The notes under the pieces are model-generated. The model saw nothing but the letters and a program-made list of their open reading frames with translations. It did no database searches and was not told where the DNA came from. The position numbers and the translations under genes are program-made. From assembly GCA_964187785.1 (NCBI GenBank), contig OZ076419.1:27094001-27158000 (forward strand): a stretch of DNA of 64,000 nucleotides, in the 5' to 3' direction. Positions within the stretch are counted from its first letter, which is position 1. Every line of letters begins with the position of its first letter. Below, piece after piece: positions 22,390 through 35,369 of this stretch. The stretch is from Amphiscolops sp. MND2022 (lineage: Eukaryota).

Positions 22390-22545
22390 CATTCTGATTG
22401 GCTGACCAATTATCGATCGCTGTCAAAAATTAAAGCTGTAAATACTTGAAAGATCTCTTTTTCAATTATTGCAACTCGAACTATTGCCTGAGATGTCTAA
22501 CGTGCATCGATTAGTGAGAGAAAGTTCTCAGAGCTCTTTATAAGC
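22390..22545 (-). promoter_or_regulatory. Candidate Nedx proximal promoter region
   Basis: ctgattggctgaccaatt (two CCAAT boxes, 22394-22411), TGTCAA nearby and TATAAA on the minus strand near 22540, 190-340 nt upstream of the ATG. Motif-only evidence; TSS unknown. Confidence 0.25.
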
Positions 22546-24380
22546 TCGTTAGCCTGACATTAAATCTCTTTCCCTCTGCTTTTGTTTATAACCATTCACT
22601 CATAACTATTATCATCTTCATAACTAGATAATAACTTCATTCTCTTCCACACAAAATAATCCACACTCCAACGACTATATCCAAATACACCATATGACGC
22701 CCTATCTTTCTTCCAAAAAGAACCCCCCCCCAAAAAAAAACAAAATCACTCGTCGTCATTTTTCCTTTTTTTTCTACAGTCTAACCTATAACCGTAGAAG
22801 GTATCGGAATTCTTTTCTTTATAGTTTACCCCCGCGGTTGTTTATAATGAAGTACCTAGCCAGAACATACAACAATTACAAAATTGTTGTTGCAAATATT
22901 TGCATCTCATAGTACGTTTTTGAAAGTAACTACAAAAATAAAAGCAATATATTGATCAATAAATCTAACTATTTCAACACTATTTTTTTAAATCCTCAGT
23001 TTTTTGCATTTCGAATCCAAAATAGAAATCGCACATATAAATTTAGGTTTCTTAGAATTTCCCTAATGAATTGTCTAAACCTAAATGAAAATCGCAGCTG
23101 TGACAAAGTTTTTCAAGAGGCAGCTGTATTAGTCAGATCATACAAAAAAAACTAATCAAGCTGAACAAGATTACATAATAACGTAATACTAAGCTTGCAT
23201 AAGAAGTCAACACGAAAGACCTTCATCCCAGATGCACTCGACAACTGCAAATTTGTATGGTTGCGCGTCGACCTTCAAAATTGAATCATTAAACTCCAAG
23301 AAAAATCTACATTTATAAAAACCACATTTTCAAATCACAAAATAGCAAATAATTTGAATCAAAAATACCAGTATTTTTTATTTCTGAACTACAAAATCAG
23401 CAAGATATCGATTTTCGACTCATTTTTTGGAATAGCTCCTAAGCGATTTCATACTTAACTGGACAGAGATGATACTGACAACTGCCTCAATCTCAACTAG
23501 CGATTAGGGAATACACCTTTTGCAAACTCACTCCTTGACTTATTTTCTCACGGATTCTCACAGCATCTGGATTGTGGCTATAACTGTAGAAGATAAGTGG
23601 TTATGAATAACTGGGAGAAGTGAAAAAGTGTTATTAGGTTTTTAAGGGGGTGTACGGATTTGTAGGGGTTACCAGACAAAAGCGCCCCAACCAAAAACGC
23701 TTAAAATTCAATCAAAAGTGCCCATTCAAAATCTAAAGGGGATTTGCTGACTCTTTTTTACCTTCACTCCAAGTAAATAATCAGTTTTCAATTTCGAAAG
23801 AAGACATTGACAATTCGCTTCATTGGGAAAGAGATAAATTTTGTTCCGAAATGACAAAATTACAAAGTTGGTTCGTTTTCAGTTGTGATTTGTCACATGT
23901 GAAAATGACGAATTGGGGTGCTTTCGGCTGGGGCGCTTATGGCTGTATAAAATAGGCGCTTTTGTCTGTACACGTTTACTACAAGGGATGACATTAATTT
24001 TTTTAAAAACGAGACGGCATTTGTATTGAGAAGGAGTTCCGTTTGCCAAAGTGTTACTTGTCTGAAAACAAGGCGCTCATTGAGCACGGGGATAATTTGA
24101 GCTTCGAACTATTTTTGCGACGTCATATTCTTATAGCTCAAGTGTATGGAGCTTCGATAAAATTCAAATCGTATGATAATTATTTGCGAAGACGAATGCA
24201 TTTTTTTCAAAAAAAACCAGAATGACAAGTGTCGTGTCCCTAACTGCCCGAAATGTCTTCAAAAAAGTTGAAATTATTTTTTCAAGAGTTTAAATTTGCC
24301 ATGAATGAGTGACAAAACCATCAGTTACTTGGCAAATTTTTGTATGGAGCGTTTTGCAAGAGAATCTGCCGGGAAAAATC

Positions 24381-24885
24381 AACAAGCCGGCGCCATATCT
24401 AAGGCTCAAAAATAGCAAAGGACTTCAAAGTGTCAAGTATTCTCTTCCACAGTACCCGAATGAGGAAAAAACTTTTCCGATTTTTTTTATTTTTTTGAAG
24501 TCTCCGGTAAGTCGCATAGTGCCCAAAAATGTAAAAGGGTGGACACCTTGGGATTTTTTGAACATCCATTCTGTTGCAAAATATTTAAAAAAAACTGAAG
24601 GGGGACCCTTTGGAGACCTTTGAAAAATTTGAGAAAAAAGTCTCACAAAGCCGAAATAACATCTACAAAAAAATTGGTCAAGGGCGGACTCGAAACCACG
24701 TCCTTCTGCTTGGCAGACCTCAGTAACTCCTAATTAACCTCTGTGCCTAGTGGCAGCAGAAGCTACATTAGTGTGGCAGTTAGTGGAAGCCATCTTATAA
24801 AGCTTACAAAATCTGTCACTTCGTTGGTCCTAGAAAAGGTCACTACTATAGTCTGCGTTGTTCTACAAAAAGCGCCGACTAATAA
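24381..24885 (-). mobile_element. HINE-like copy with a different 5' module and a deleted 3' hairpin
   Basis: aacaagccggcgccatatc at 24381 (hairpin lost between gccg microhomologies); family core at 24500-24640; tRNA-like segment at 24682-24750; gcgccgact at 24872-24880. Confidence 0.7.
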
Positions 24886-27800
24886 CAATAAAAATTTTTC
24901 CTTCATTTTTTTCAAATTAGAAAAAATTTCTCACATACTTTTTACCAAACGTTTTTGATCCCATGGGTTTCTAACAACGTATCCTCAATTATATTAAGCT
25001 AGTTTTGAAGCTATTTCATCTCAAATATGCGACAACAGAATGTTGCCATACTTTCGTGGATCACGTAGAAAGTTTGGATAGCAAAGGCAGAGAGAATTTC
25101 CGAGAATCTGACTTTATATGAAAGGTTTCTGTTTGGTGGATGAGACTTTCGCACCGATGACTAGCGTGATTAATTTTATCGCCAAATTGCTCTTCGGCTC
25201 TACTGAATTCAAAAGTTCGAGTGATGAGATTATCTAATCACTTCTAAACGACATGTAACACTAAATAACTAAAAACAGACGAATAAACAATCTCACGGAA
25301 ACAATGAAACAATTTGCGGCAGTTTCAGCCAGTTGCGTTAGGCACAATCCAATGTTGTTGAAGTTACGACTTCAACGCAACCACAAGTTCCGGACTTGTC
25401 TCCGCGAATCTCCTCTGACCTATCCGCAACCCAGTCATCTAAAAATTTATCTTGTCTCCACGAGTTACGTTTTTTAACGCAGGTGTTTCAGGTGGTTTCA
25501 TCACCACTCTTCATAATACTTGACGTTTACTTTGCAGGGCAGCCGTAATCCAAATTTTGCATGTGGTCACGTTTATGTTTACCTATTTTGTTTATATCAT
25601 TGCGAACGTTATACTTGCGAAAGTTATACTTCAACTAAACATTCTTTGCCGTCAACGACAAACAATTCAACAATTGTCCGAAATTCACGTTCCATGATAG
25701 TTTAAGTCCCCCTTTTAAGATATTTCTAAAGTCAACAGAAATGCTCAAAGACTTTTAATTACATGGTTCGCTTTTTCGATACGTGTGAGGCGTATGTTCT
25801 TTTTAGTCTTTATGAGTGCGGTGCATTGGGAACAACTGAACTGCATATAATATCACACGAGCAACGCTGATTTACATGTTTTATAATACGTTTTAAAAAT
25901 CTTTTCAGGGGTGGCTTCTGAAATGACTTTGAGGTCCACCTGTGACCTTGAAGTTATTCGTACCCATACAAAGTTGCCACAAGCCAAGGTATCTAGTTCT
26001 AGGGTCAATGGCTCCCGAGTAACATGCTGTGAGTATTGTTTGTTTACACAAGGCGCTTACCCCAGGATGGGTCACGAATGCAGTTTCATTCACGTTAGTA
26101 ATCGACTACACTCGTTATTGCTGTTCATTTGAGGTATTACAAGTCAAGTTCAAATGTCCATTTTCCAGCTGTTCCGCGCGTCCGATCTCGCGTGCCCCCT
26201 TAAGGAAACAATTCTCCGCGCGCCATGGACCGAATAATGCATCTTTCATATGTTTTACTCAGGGTTGGTATATCTTCGGAAAGTTTCATGGGTGAACTGG
26301 TAGCAATATACATAACATACGAGGTTAGTTCACAGGGTCATTGCTCTTCCTACGTGTGTCTTAGGGTTCCCAAAGTATATTCAAATGATTAATTTTTCAT
26401 GGGTTATGAATTCCATGCAAAATATGACCCATTCTTTGCTTGGGCGACGCGCCCGTAGGGAGGTCGACTCAGTGCACTTCCAGTGCTAATAGCCCAGGAC
26501 AGGGGGGTCTCGGATCGGTTCCGTTTTTATAAGCTAGATTCATAGAAGCTCAGGGATACGTTTGCCAAATTTCAGGTGTCTACGAATATTATTCTTTGAG
26601 AAAACCAAATGGGGGCGTTCGGTTTGGCCCCCTTTGGTTTCCGATTACCGGGTCTCACAAGATCACACAAAAGTGGAACTAAGTAACATTCGCTCTAGGA
26701 GATCAACTCAGTCATATCTGATTCGAGCAAAAACGTCGCCGACGTCAATTCTACTTTACATTTAAGTGGTGAGAAGTGGCGTGTAATAGGCAAACACCGA
26801 GTTGGCCAGATAGGCCCTAACAAAAATATTCTGCAGCTTACCATTTCAGCTGCTTTTACTAACCCGACGAGTCGAGAAATGGAATAAACATAGTGCTGTC
26901 TATGTTCTGGGCTTAGAGCAATGTCATTAGGTTTTTGTAGAGACGCTAAAATATAAAACCTTCACTGATCACGACTTCGAATTTAGTTGATTCAGTTGAA
27001 TTTTCAAATAACAAAACTAATAATCTTTGAGCAAAGACGAGAATTGAGTTTTTCAGTTCTTGCCTTGTTCCAGGCCTGAAACCCACAAGAAGTGGCACAA
27101 AGATTTTCAAAATTTTATCAAGTTTTAAAAAATTAGCATTACTTTTTGTTTCGATACTTTGTGGTCGTAGGTTGGCCTTATTCAATCAATTATGAGGTTT
27201 AAAAATTTAAAAGTTGATATTTTCAAAGACTTTTGATAATGTTCTGCGCAGGCATAAATAGATCCTACTTTTTCTTCTCTGCTCGTCTTTATTTTTGTGT
27301 GAACTACTACAAGTGTTTATCGAAAAAAGTATTTCATATTTTCGGCCAAAGTGAATACAAAGCATCAAAATTCAAAGTTTCTTTTTCCCTAAATGTGTTC
27401 AACATGGAACCTAATGTGGTTTTTCAGCATCCACGTGGTTCCAAAACATCAAACTTCTCTAAAAAGAATGACAATTTGGATAAAAATAAGAAAAAAATGA
27501 CTGCAATGGAATGTGCTGATATTGCCACCGACGGAACTTTACTGTTTCATCAAGTTTGGTTCCAAGTTTTGATGTCCACAGAGAGACAAAACTACAGTCA
27601 GGTCAGTTTTTCCAATACTTTTCGGGACTTTTGAGGCTCAAAAACGTTTGTCACATAAAACATCAAACAGGTTGAGTTGGTGAAATGAATTTTCTTCGAA
27701 AAATGTTGCACAGAAGTGAAAACCTTAAACAGGGGAATTAAAAGGGCGAAAACATCAAAAACCAAAAGGTGGCGTGTTGGTGAAAAAAATTCGCACAGCG

Positions 27801-30798
27801 TCAAAAAAACCCGAAAAGGTACTTTTGAGCTCATCTTGGTTTGCAAACATCATCAATTTTGGTTATACGCGTCCTCCTCTGTAGAACCATGTCCGAAAAC
27901 ATCCCACCATGAAACAACCTACTTCATTCATTGATAATCATAACATTATTTATGAGAGTTATATTACTGTAAGAATCTGCTTTTTTTCTGAACACCTTCT
28001 GAACGCACCGGCTGGTTGTTGGTCGATCTAACCAGCTGGGCCACCCTGTCACCAAATGAGCAAAACAAATTGAGCGAGGGGAAGGTTCGAACCCTCGACG
28101 TTCCCACGGGCTACGGGTGTACCTTTCAAACTACGTAATCATTGTGAAAACTGAAAAAAAATCAGAAGATGAAATATTTCGAAAAATTGCGTAGTGTAGT
28201 CTTTACGGGCGCCAAGGAAATGAGACAAAGAAGACTTAGTCGTGCAAGTTTCGACTCTCTTCAACTCAGGATATAATTCTTTCTTCATTTTTAGAATTTA
28301 CTCGTTCCTAAAAAATCCAATTTGGAACAATTCTTTCTTCAGTTGTATGAGGATTCTTTGACTTTTTGACGTTAACTCGTTTGTTTTTAGACCGCCATAA
28401 TTTATACCGCGATTGTTATTTACAATCGGTTGAAAGAGCGAAAAAATCTCAAATTGTTGGTATGTGCAAAAAACTCTATTAACAAAAAGCGGAAGATGAT
28501 TTTTGGCTTCAAGCAATGATAGACGTTTACCAACTGTTTAACACAATGATTTTATTGTCCAAGCTATCGCTACTCGGGAAAGATAAGAAAATTCCTCAAT
28601 TCTTAAATTCGTATCAAGTTTTAACAACGACAACAACTAAATACAAGATTTCCTTTTTTTGTTATTTCGATCCGTTGGTTATTCAATTGTGAAAACCGGG
28701 CAGTATTCCCGCGGCTGCTACCAAAATAGCGGGAAACCGATTATCAGGTACTTGTGAAAAGAAACTAATTAGGACTGAACAATTTAAAATTTCCTTACTT
28801 TTCAAGTACTCTGTTCTAATCAGAATATGACAATTGTTAGTATTTTTCTAATTGTTTTTATTTTTATTTATCTAAAATAACATTCTTCCTTATCAATCAA
28901 TTAAGCAACGCTTTTACTCGAAAGCAGGAAATTTTAAAAATTGTATCGATGGTCGCGTACAAGTTGTCCTCGCCTAGCGTTCGAGACAGGCACAGGTATG
29001 AAAATTTGGCATTTTAAAGTGAAAAGGGGATGGAAAAATATATGGATACGGTGATAATAAATTGATGAGTGGATAAAAGCAAATTTGTTTTGCTAAACAT
29101 TTCTACTGATTGTGACAAGTTAACTGACGGTCATGAAAACTACATTTTTTAAATAAACGCATCCTGTTGCAAGATGCCTTTTAACAAAGACGCCTAAATA
29201 CGCAAAAAAGGTTTTTTTAAAAAAATCTAACTTCTATCTATTTTTTAATTCTAAACTTTTTAACTCCAAAGCTTCCCTTCCAAATGGGAATTCTTAGAGT
29301 TGTTCAAGTTCTCAGAATGAATCAGAATTTCTCAGAATTTTTCAGGATCAGAGGAAAAACATCAATGTCATCAATGCAATTACGATGTTTCCTTCAACTT
29401 CAGCAAAGGAATATACCACTATTGTTCGCCATTGAAATCAAATAACAGATGTGACATGCATTGTAGTTCAAAAAGAAAACGGAGTTTAAGACCCTAGGGA
29501 AGCTATTTCTTGATATGCTTCTTGAGTCCAAAACCAATATATATTTTTAGTCGAAGGAATCAGTGCAGCAACGGGATCTTGGTTCTTCATAGTACCCCAA
29601 ATGACGGCATGGTACCCCAAAACGGTCTCACAACTTCAATTCCCTCTCATTTGAAGAAAGCAAAAAGTTACAAGTTTGAACCATCTGGATCCATATTTTT
29701 GACGCCACTAACAAACGATATCGGACTCATAAGACCGAACCATCATATGGTCAATGCACAGAATCCCGGAAAAGATAAAACTTAGTATCTAACAACTTCA
29801 AAAGAACTGCTGTTTTCATAAGCTACGAAACTGATTAGAACTTCTCTACTCGCTGACCCGCAAAAAGTGGTACGCGCAAATTTGACACCGGAAACATTTG
29901 TCAACAAGATGTCAAGAATTCTCTAAGTTTATTGGTTTGCTAGTCAGTCATTGAGAACATTGTCACTTTCGCGGATAACTTCAGAGAGATGTGACAGATA
30001 CTTTGAACTTAAAACAAGTCATCGCAATCCAAATCAACTTTTTTCGATCACCTTCAGCTTGAAATGGGAGGTATTCTACAAGGTGAACCAGAAAAAAAAG
30101 GAACACAAAAAATGTTTCAGCTTTCAATATTTCAAATGTTTGTCAACGACAATTTCGAAACAACGTTCAACCCTGAACAACTTGACAACTTTCCTCGAAG
30201 GGAAAAACTTACTTTTACCACATCAAAAGTGAGTCCCAATTGATTGCTAAAAATGTCTAGACAATTTCAGAATGTTTTAACCAACCTTGGTTCAAAAATT
30301 GGATATACAATGATAGCTCAAGTTTGACAGAAAAGTGAAAAATTATCAGTGTCTTGATACAATTTTGAAGAGTAAAATTTTTGCGCGTTCCGGTTTTTGG
30401 TTAACCTAGTATAAGCAGACAGGCCGCAATACACACTATGCTTGACACTTTCACATTGAAAACTTTATATCTCTACGTTATCCTGATTTCAACTGTGATT
30501 CATTACCAATGCCTTGAACTTTTCATTGAACATAGTTTTAACCAATCAGATAATTCGAATCTGCATTTTGTTATTTTGCATTAATTTAGCGGTAAAACTG
30601 ATAGCAACTTATTTGCTTTTAGAACTATAGCTGCTGCTTAATGAAACCTGAAAACTACAAGGCTTGAATGTGCCGCCAAAACTTTGACGAATCTTTCAAG
30701 CCTCTTGATGAAAGTTAAATACAACAGGGAAATATTTTCGCAAGAAAATCACCGTAAGAGTTCTAGAAAATCATAATAAAAGTTGCTGGCAACATTAA

Positions 30799-31318
30799 CC
30801 CTAAATGGACCATGGTACGATTTCGTACCAGTCAAATTCTGCAAACTTCTAAACGGGCCAGCTGACCGTATGGTAAAGAAATCACTTGAATACGACTTTC
30901 AGACGATTTTAAATGGCATTGCACGCATTTTCACGGAATATTGACATGATGCCTCCGAAATCATGAAAATGGGACCAAAAAATCAGACAAAATTGAACGC
31001 ATTTTCAGTTTTTTTTTCAGTTTTCGTTCTGGCCCTTTTATCCCCCTGGTATCAAGATTGGGTCACAGTTACCCTAGCATGTTTTGAAACATGCTGAAAT
31101 GCAATCAGAGACACGAGGCGTGCGAAGTTTTGACTCAAAGTCCGGAGCTATTGCGGCTCCCAGCGCAGCACTTCAAAAATCAAATTGGAAGCCCTGATTG
31201 TTTTCTTTTGAGCGTCATGAATCGTTTGTCGCACTCGAATAGTTCAGGAGATATTGCGGTTTAAAGTTTAAACACCAGAATATTGGATGGATCCGGAAAT
31301 GTCTTGGTCCATTTAGGG
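30799..31318. mobile_element. piggyBac-like MITE (520 bp)
   Basis: Perfect 14-bp TIR CCCTAAATGGACCA/TGGTCCATTTAGGG flanked by TTAA on both sides (30795-30798, 31319-31322). The interior is the reverse complement of 40727-41174. Confidence 0.9.
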
Positions 31319-31631
31319 TTAAAGTACATGCAAAAACTTCAAGCAGTTTCAACAAGGTTAAATTATTTTCTTGCCTTTTCGCTGGTCTGCTCAACTTACA
31401 CACTTCTTGAAAAAAACTTGCACTTTTTGATCGACACCCCAGACAATAATAAAAGTTTGTTTTTAGCTCGTCACCTAGCAAGTAAATTTCGAGCTCTAAC
31501 GGAACACATTTACCTCAATTTAGCTAAGGTTTCACATTTGCAGTCAATTTATCAAGCAATACATGTATTTGGTTCAAAGCGTTTCAAATTGACTCGCTGA
31601 AGGTCACGTGGTTCAAACTGAAAACTACTGT

Positions 31632-32068
31632 TCTTTTTAGTCGGAGCTATAGTCATGGCTTTTCGTCAGTGTTTTTTAAATTTTTTTTCGATACACCTAA
31701 ATTGACCAAAATAGTTCTATCAAAAGTTCTACAAAATTTTAAATTGCCCCTTTTGGCCCAGGGAACTGAACCAAAAAGGTTTCCCGCGTAACGTACAATA
31801 CCGGACAAGACCAAAGGGTCCCTTTCAGTATTTTTGGCATTGCGAGACTTTTTTGGAACATTTTTTCCCCAAAGGGTCCCCCCTTTAATTTTTTTGAGTT
31901 TTGCGACAGAATGGATATTGAAAAATTTTAAAGGGTCCCCCTTTCAATTTTTACGGCATTGTGAAAATTTTTTTGGTGCTGTAGAAGAGAATATTTTGAC
32001 ACTTTGAAGTCCTTTTGCTATTTTTGAGCCTTAGATATGGTGCCGACTGGGGTCGGTCCCGGCTTGTT
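31632..32068 (+). mobile_element. HINE-like copy whose 3' hairpin begins the large palindrome
   Basis: tttttagtcggagc near 31635; core gggtccc blocks; 3' end gatatggtgccgactggggtcggtcccggcttgtt. Confidence 0.68.
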
Positions 32069-32422
32069 AAATGTTGCTTTGCAATGTCACGCGATCTTTT
32101 TAAAATCTCGACATAGTCGCCATTGGAATATTCGAAAAAAAACAATAGCTTCCCCTCAAAAAATTCAGTACCCAGAGATTTCACTAGTTATAATATATCA
32201 AACAACAACCACCAAAATTGGGTCTTGAGTAAAATTTTACTCAAGACCCAATTTTGTGGTTGGTGGTTGTTGTTTGATATATTATAACTAGTGAAATCTC
32301 TGGGTACTGAATTTTTTGAGGGGAAGCTATTGTTTTTTTTTCGAATATTCCAATGGCGACTATGTCGAGATTTTAAAAAGATCGCGTGACATTGCAAAGC
32401 AACATTTAACAAGCCGGGACCG
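32054..32422. repeat. Near-perfect spacerless palindrome, 369 bp
   Basis: Centre gagtaaaa|ttttactc at 32234/32235. Arms of 181 and 188 nt differ only by a 6-nt insertion (gtggtt) and one extra T. Confidence 0.95.
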
Positions 32423-33987
32423 GCTTAAGCCATCACAAAAAACACGCATGGCAACTATGTCATGATTCGAACAAGATTTTCACGGTTAATCATTGTTGAC
32501 AAAACTGGCCAAGAATCTAAATTCAAGAAATTTTAAATACAGTTTTTATTCATTCCGCCAAGTATTACAGAAGCATTCCATCGTTGGCCAGAGATTCAAC
32601 GTGAATAAAAACTCAACTTTTGCGGAGCTTAGTGCTTTGAAACTGATCTAACATGGAGATTTATAAGTCAGAAAATCGACAAATCGGTCTAGAAACCGCG
32701 AAAAATCTGCAATTTTCATTTTTGATAACAAGTTTTCATTAACAATAAAATTAAGTTTTTTGTAAAGATCCTCCTTCAACTTGAATTCCACGTCATTAAT
32801 TTTTTTTCAAACAGATCGGAAATCACATTAGTTTCATTCAAAAAGTCTTAAGTTTTATTTATACCTGATATTAATTTGTCTTTTTTTTCGATTGCAAAAG
32901 TTTTTGTTCAAGCTCTGTTGCATGGCTAAAACTAGTAATGACTAAAACCTGTCCTAATGTTTTTAAGTTCATAAAACTGGTGATAAGGCGTTGGGGAAAC
33001 TTGGAGTGATTTTTAATGTGATTAATTTAGCTTTTATTGAGTTTGTTCCGTAGTGTTGATAACAGACAAGAAGCATCTTGCTATTGAAAACTGCTCTTAG
33101 CCAATCAAATCACAGAAGCGTGAAATTCAAATCAGTCGCACCTAAATTTTCCATCAACATTCCACAAAGAGCATAACGACAACTGTTAATTTATCTATTT
33201 TTATTTTCCTACATTTTCCTTCATTTTTGGGATTTTTTGCGCAAAGTGGAATTTTTGAAGACCCAAAAAATAAGGGCGATAAGCTGACAACTGTACGCAT
33301 TGAGTGCTGGTGGAAAGGTAATTAAAATTCGACAGCGGATAAAAAAGTGATTTTTATTAAAAATGTGTAATCTTTTACGACACCTTTAAGCAGGCGATAC
33401 GAGAGCAAATTTGAATTTTATCGCTGGCAAATGCCTCAACTTAATATAAATGCCCGGAATTTAGACAGGAGTTTTATCAAAATTGGGAGAATTAACATTG
33501 GATCAATAAAAAAGATTGTGAGTTTGATTCAACTCACACAAGATTGAAATGAGGCTGAAAAAATTGCAGCAGACGATAGTTGTTCACATTTCGCTACATT
33601 TGGCAAATTAGCTATTCTAAACACGTCATCAATTTCGAAATCACAACTTACAAATAAATCAACCGAACGATAAACTAACCAAAGAAATTTGCCCTCCATT
33701 CGATAACTTTAACAAGCCTTACTATGAGGAGTTGAAATGGGAAACATAGTTTTGAATCTTTTCCAAAACTTTCTTCAATTTGGATCTAAATAAATGCTAT
33801 TAAGAAGGCTAGATTCAGGCAAAAAATTCATGCTTAATTCAAGATCATTGAAATAGTTCCCATCCCTATAATTGAATGTCTACCGCTGCATGTTAGAGTC
33901 TATAGGCCTTTGAAAGTTTTGTAAAAACAGTAAAATTTTGGCTAATTCAGCTGCAGCTGCACTAACTCAGAATTTTACTGTTTTTAC

Positions 33988-33989
<2 letters not shown>

Positions 33990-34029
<40 letters not shown>
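33990..34029. repeat. (CT)20 microsatellite
   Basis: Direct reading. Confidence 0.95.
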
Positions 34030-34033
<4 letters not shown>

Positions 34034-34310
34034 AAACCTGGAATAAGGGAATGACGAATATCATTCGGAGATTACGCATTCGAATGGCTTGGTTCTTTCT
34101 TTTTCAGGTGAAAGATTTTCTCGGCTTCGAAAATACTGGTTGAAATAGCTCGTTTTGAGTTTGTCGTAACTATTTAGTCCTATTTTATCGCACTCTCAGG
34201 CACGAATCCATCATCGTACCGTTTTTCGGCACTGAGAGACAAAATTTTAATTTTGTTCAAAGAAGTGATGCTGTTTGCCACTGTTTTCTATGCTGTGCAT
34301 CAGAACAAAA

Positions 34311-35178
34311 AAAATGCATAGAGAAAGTTTTCATGAAAGCAGCAACGTTTCGCTGTATTAGAACCAAAGAAAATGCATAGAGAAAGTTTTCAAGAAAGCA
34401 ACAACGTTTCGCTGTATTAGAACCAAAGAAAATGCAAAGAGAAAGTTTTCAGGAAAGCAACAACGTTTCGCTGTATTAGAACCAAAGAAAATGCATAGAG
34501 AAAGTTTTCAAGAAAGCAACAATGTTTCGCTGTATTAGAACAAAAAAATGCATTGAGAAAGTTTTCAAGAAAGCAACAACGTTTCGCTGTATTAGAACCA
34601 AAGAAAATGCATAGAGAAAGTTTTCAAGAAAGCAACAACGTTTCGCTGTATTAGAACCAAAGAAAATGCATAGAGAAAGTTTTCAAGAAAGCAACAACGT
34701 TTCGCTCTATTAGAACCAAAGAAAATGCATAGAGAAAGTTTCCAAGAAAGCAACAACGTTTCGCTCTATTAGAACCAAAAAAAATGCATAGAGAAAGTTT
34801 TCAAGAAAGCAACAACGTTTCGCTGTATTAGAACCAAAGAAAATGCATAGAGAAAGTTTTCAAGAAAGCAACAACGTTTCGCCGCTGTATTAGAACCAAA
34901 GAAAATGCATAGAGAAAGTTTTCAAGAAAGCAACAACGTTTCGCTCTATTAGAACCAAAGAAAATGCATAGAGAAAGTTTTCAAGAAAGCAACAACGTTT
35001 CGCTGTATTAGAACCAAAAAAATGCATAGAGAAAGTTTTGAAGAAAGCAACAACGTTTCGCTGTATTAGAACCAGAGAAAATGCCAAGAGAAAGTTTTCA
35101 AGAAAGCAACAACGTTTCGCTGTATTAGAACCAAAGAAAATGCATAGAGAAAGTTTTCAAGAAAGCAACGTTTCGCTG
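34311..35178. repeat. Tandem array of a 59-bp unit, about 15 copies
   Basis: Unit aaaatgcatagagaaagttttcaagaaagcaacaacgtttcgctgtattagaaccaaag; shifts by 1 nt per 60-nt line; few variants; no spacers. Confidence 0.95.
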
Positions 35179-35369
35179 CATAGGATTCAATTTTTTGAGT
35201 CATCAGATGTTGTCAAGAAGTTTATAGAACCTTCTATAGAAATGTTATAGAAGTTGCATATGTAGGTGGCTCTAACTCAAAACACGGAGGAAAGTTTTCA
35301 ATCATGAGAAGTTGTGAAATTGGTCACGTTTTGATTATGACAAAATTGCACCATGCGAAAGTCGCCTAG

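Noticed and set aside
27840-27940. Minus-strand MFSDMVLQR resembling a sialate O-acetylesterase N-terminal motif
   Set aside because: One residue short of the usual spacing, bounded by stops, with no splice support or further similarity.
28060-28125. tRNA gene at the GGTTCGAACC motif (similar motif near 57590-57620)
   Set aside because: Only a T-arm-like fragment; no acceptor stem or D-arm can be folded. At most degenerate SINE-like relics.
34321-34345. Heat-shock-element-like GAA/TTC pattern in the satellite unit
   Set aside because: Spacing is GAA-4nt-TTC-2nt-GAA; only two units are in canonical register.
34311-35178. CRISPR-like appearance of the 59-bp array
   Set aside because: Units are contiguous with no unique spacers, there are no cas genes, and the context is eukaryotic.
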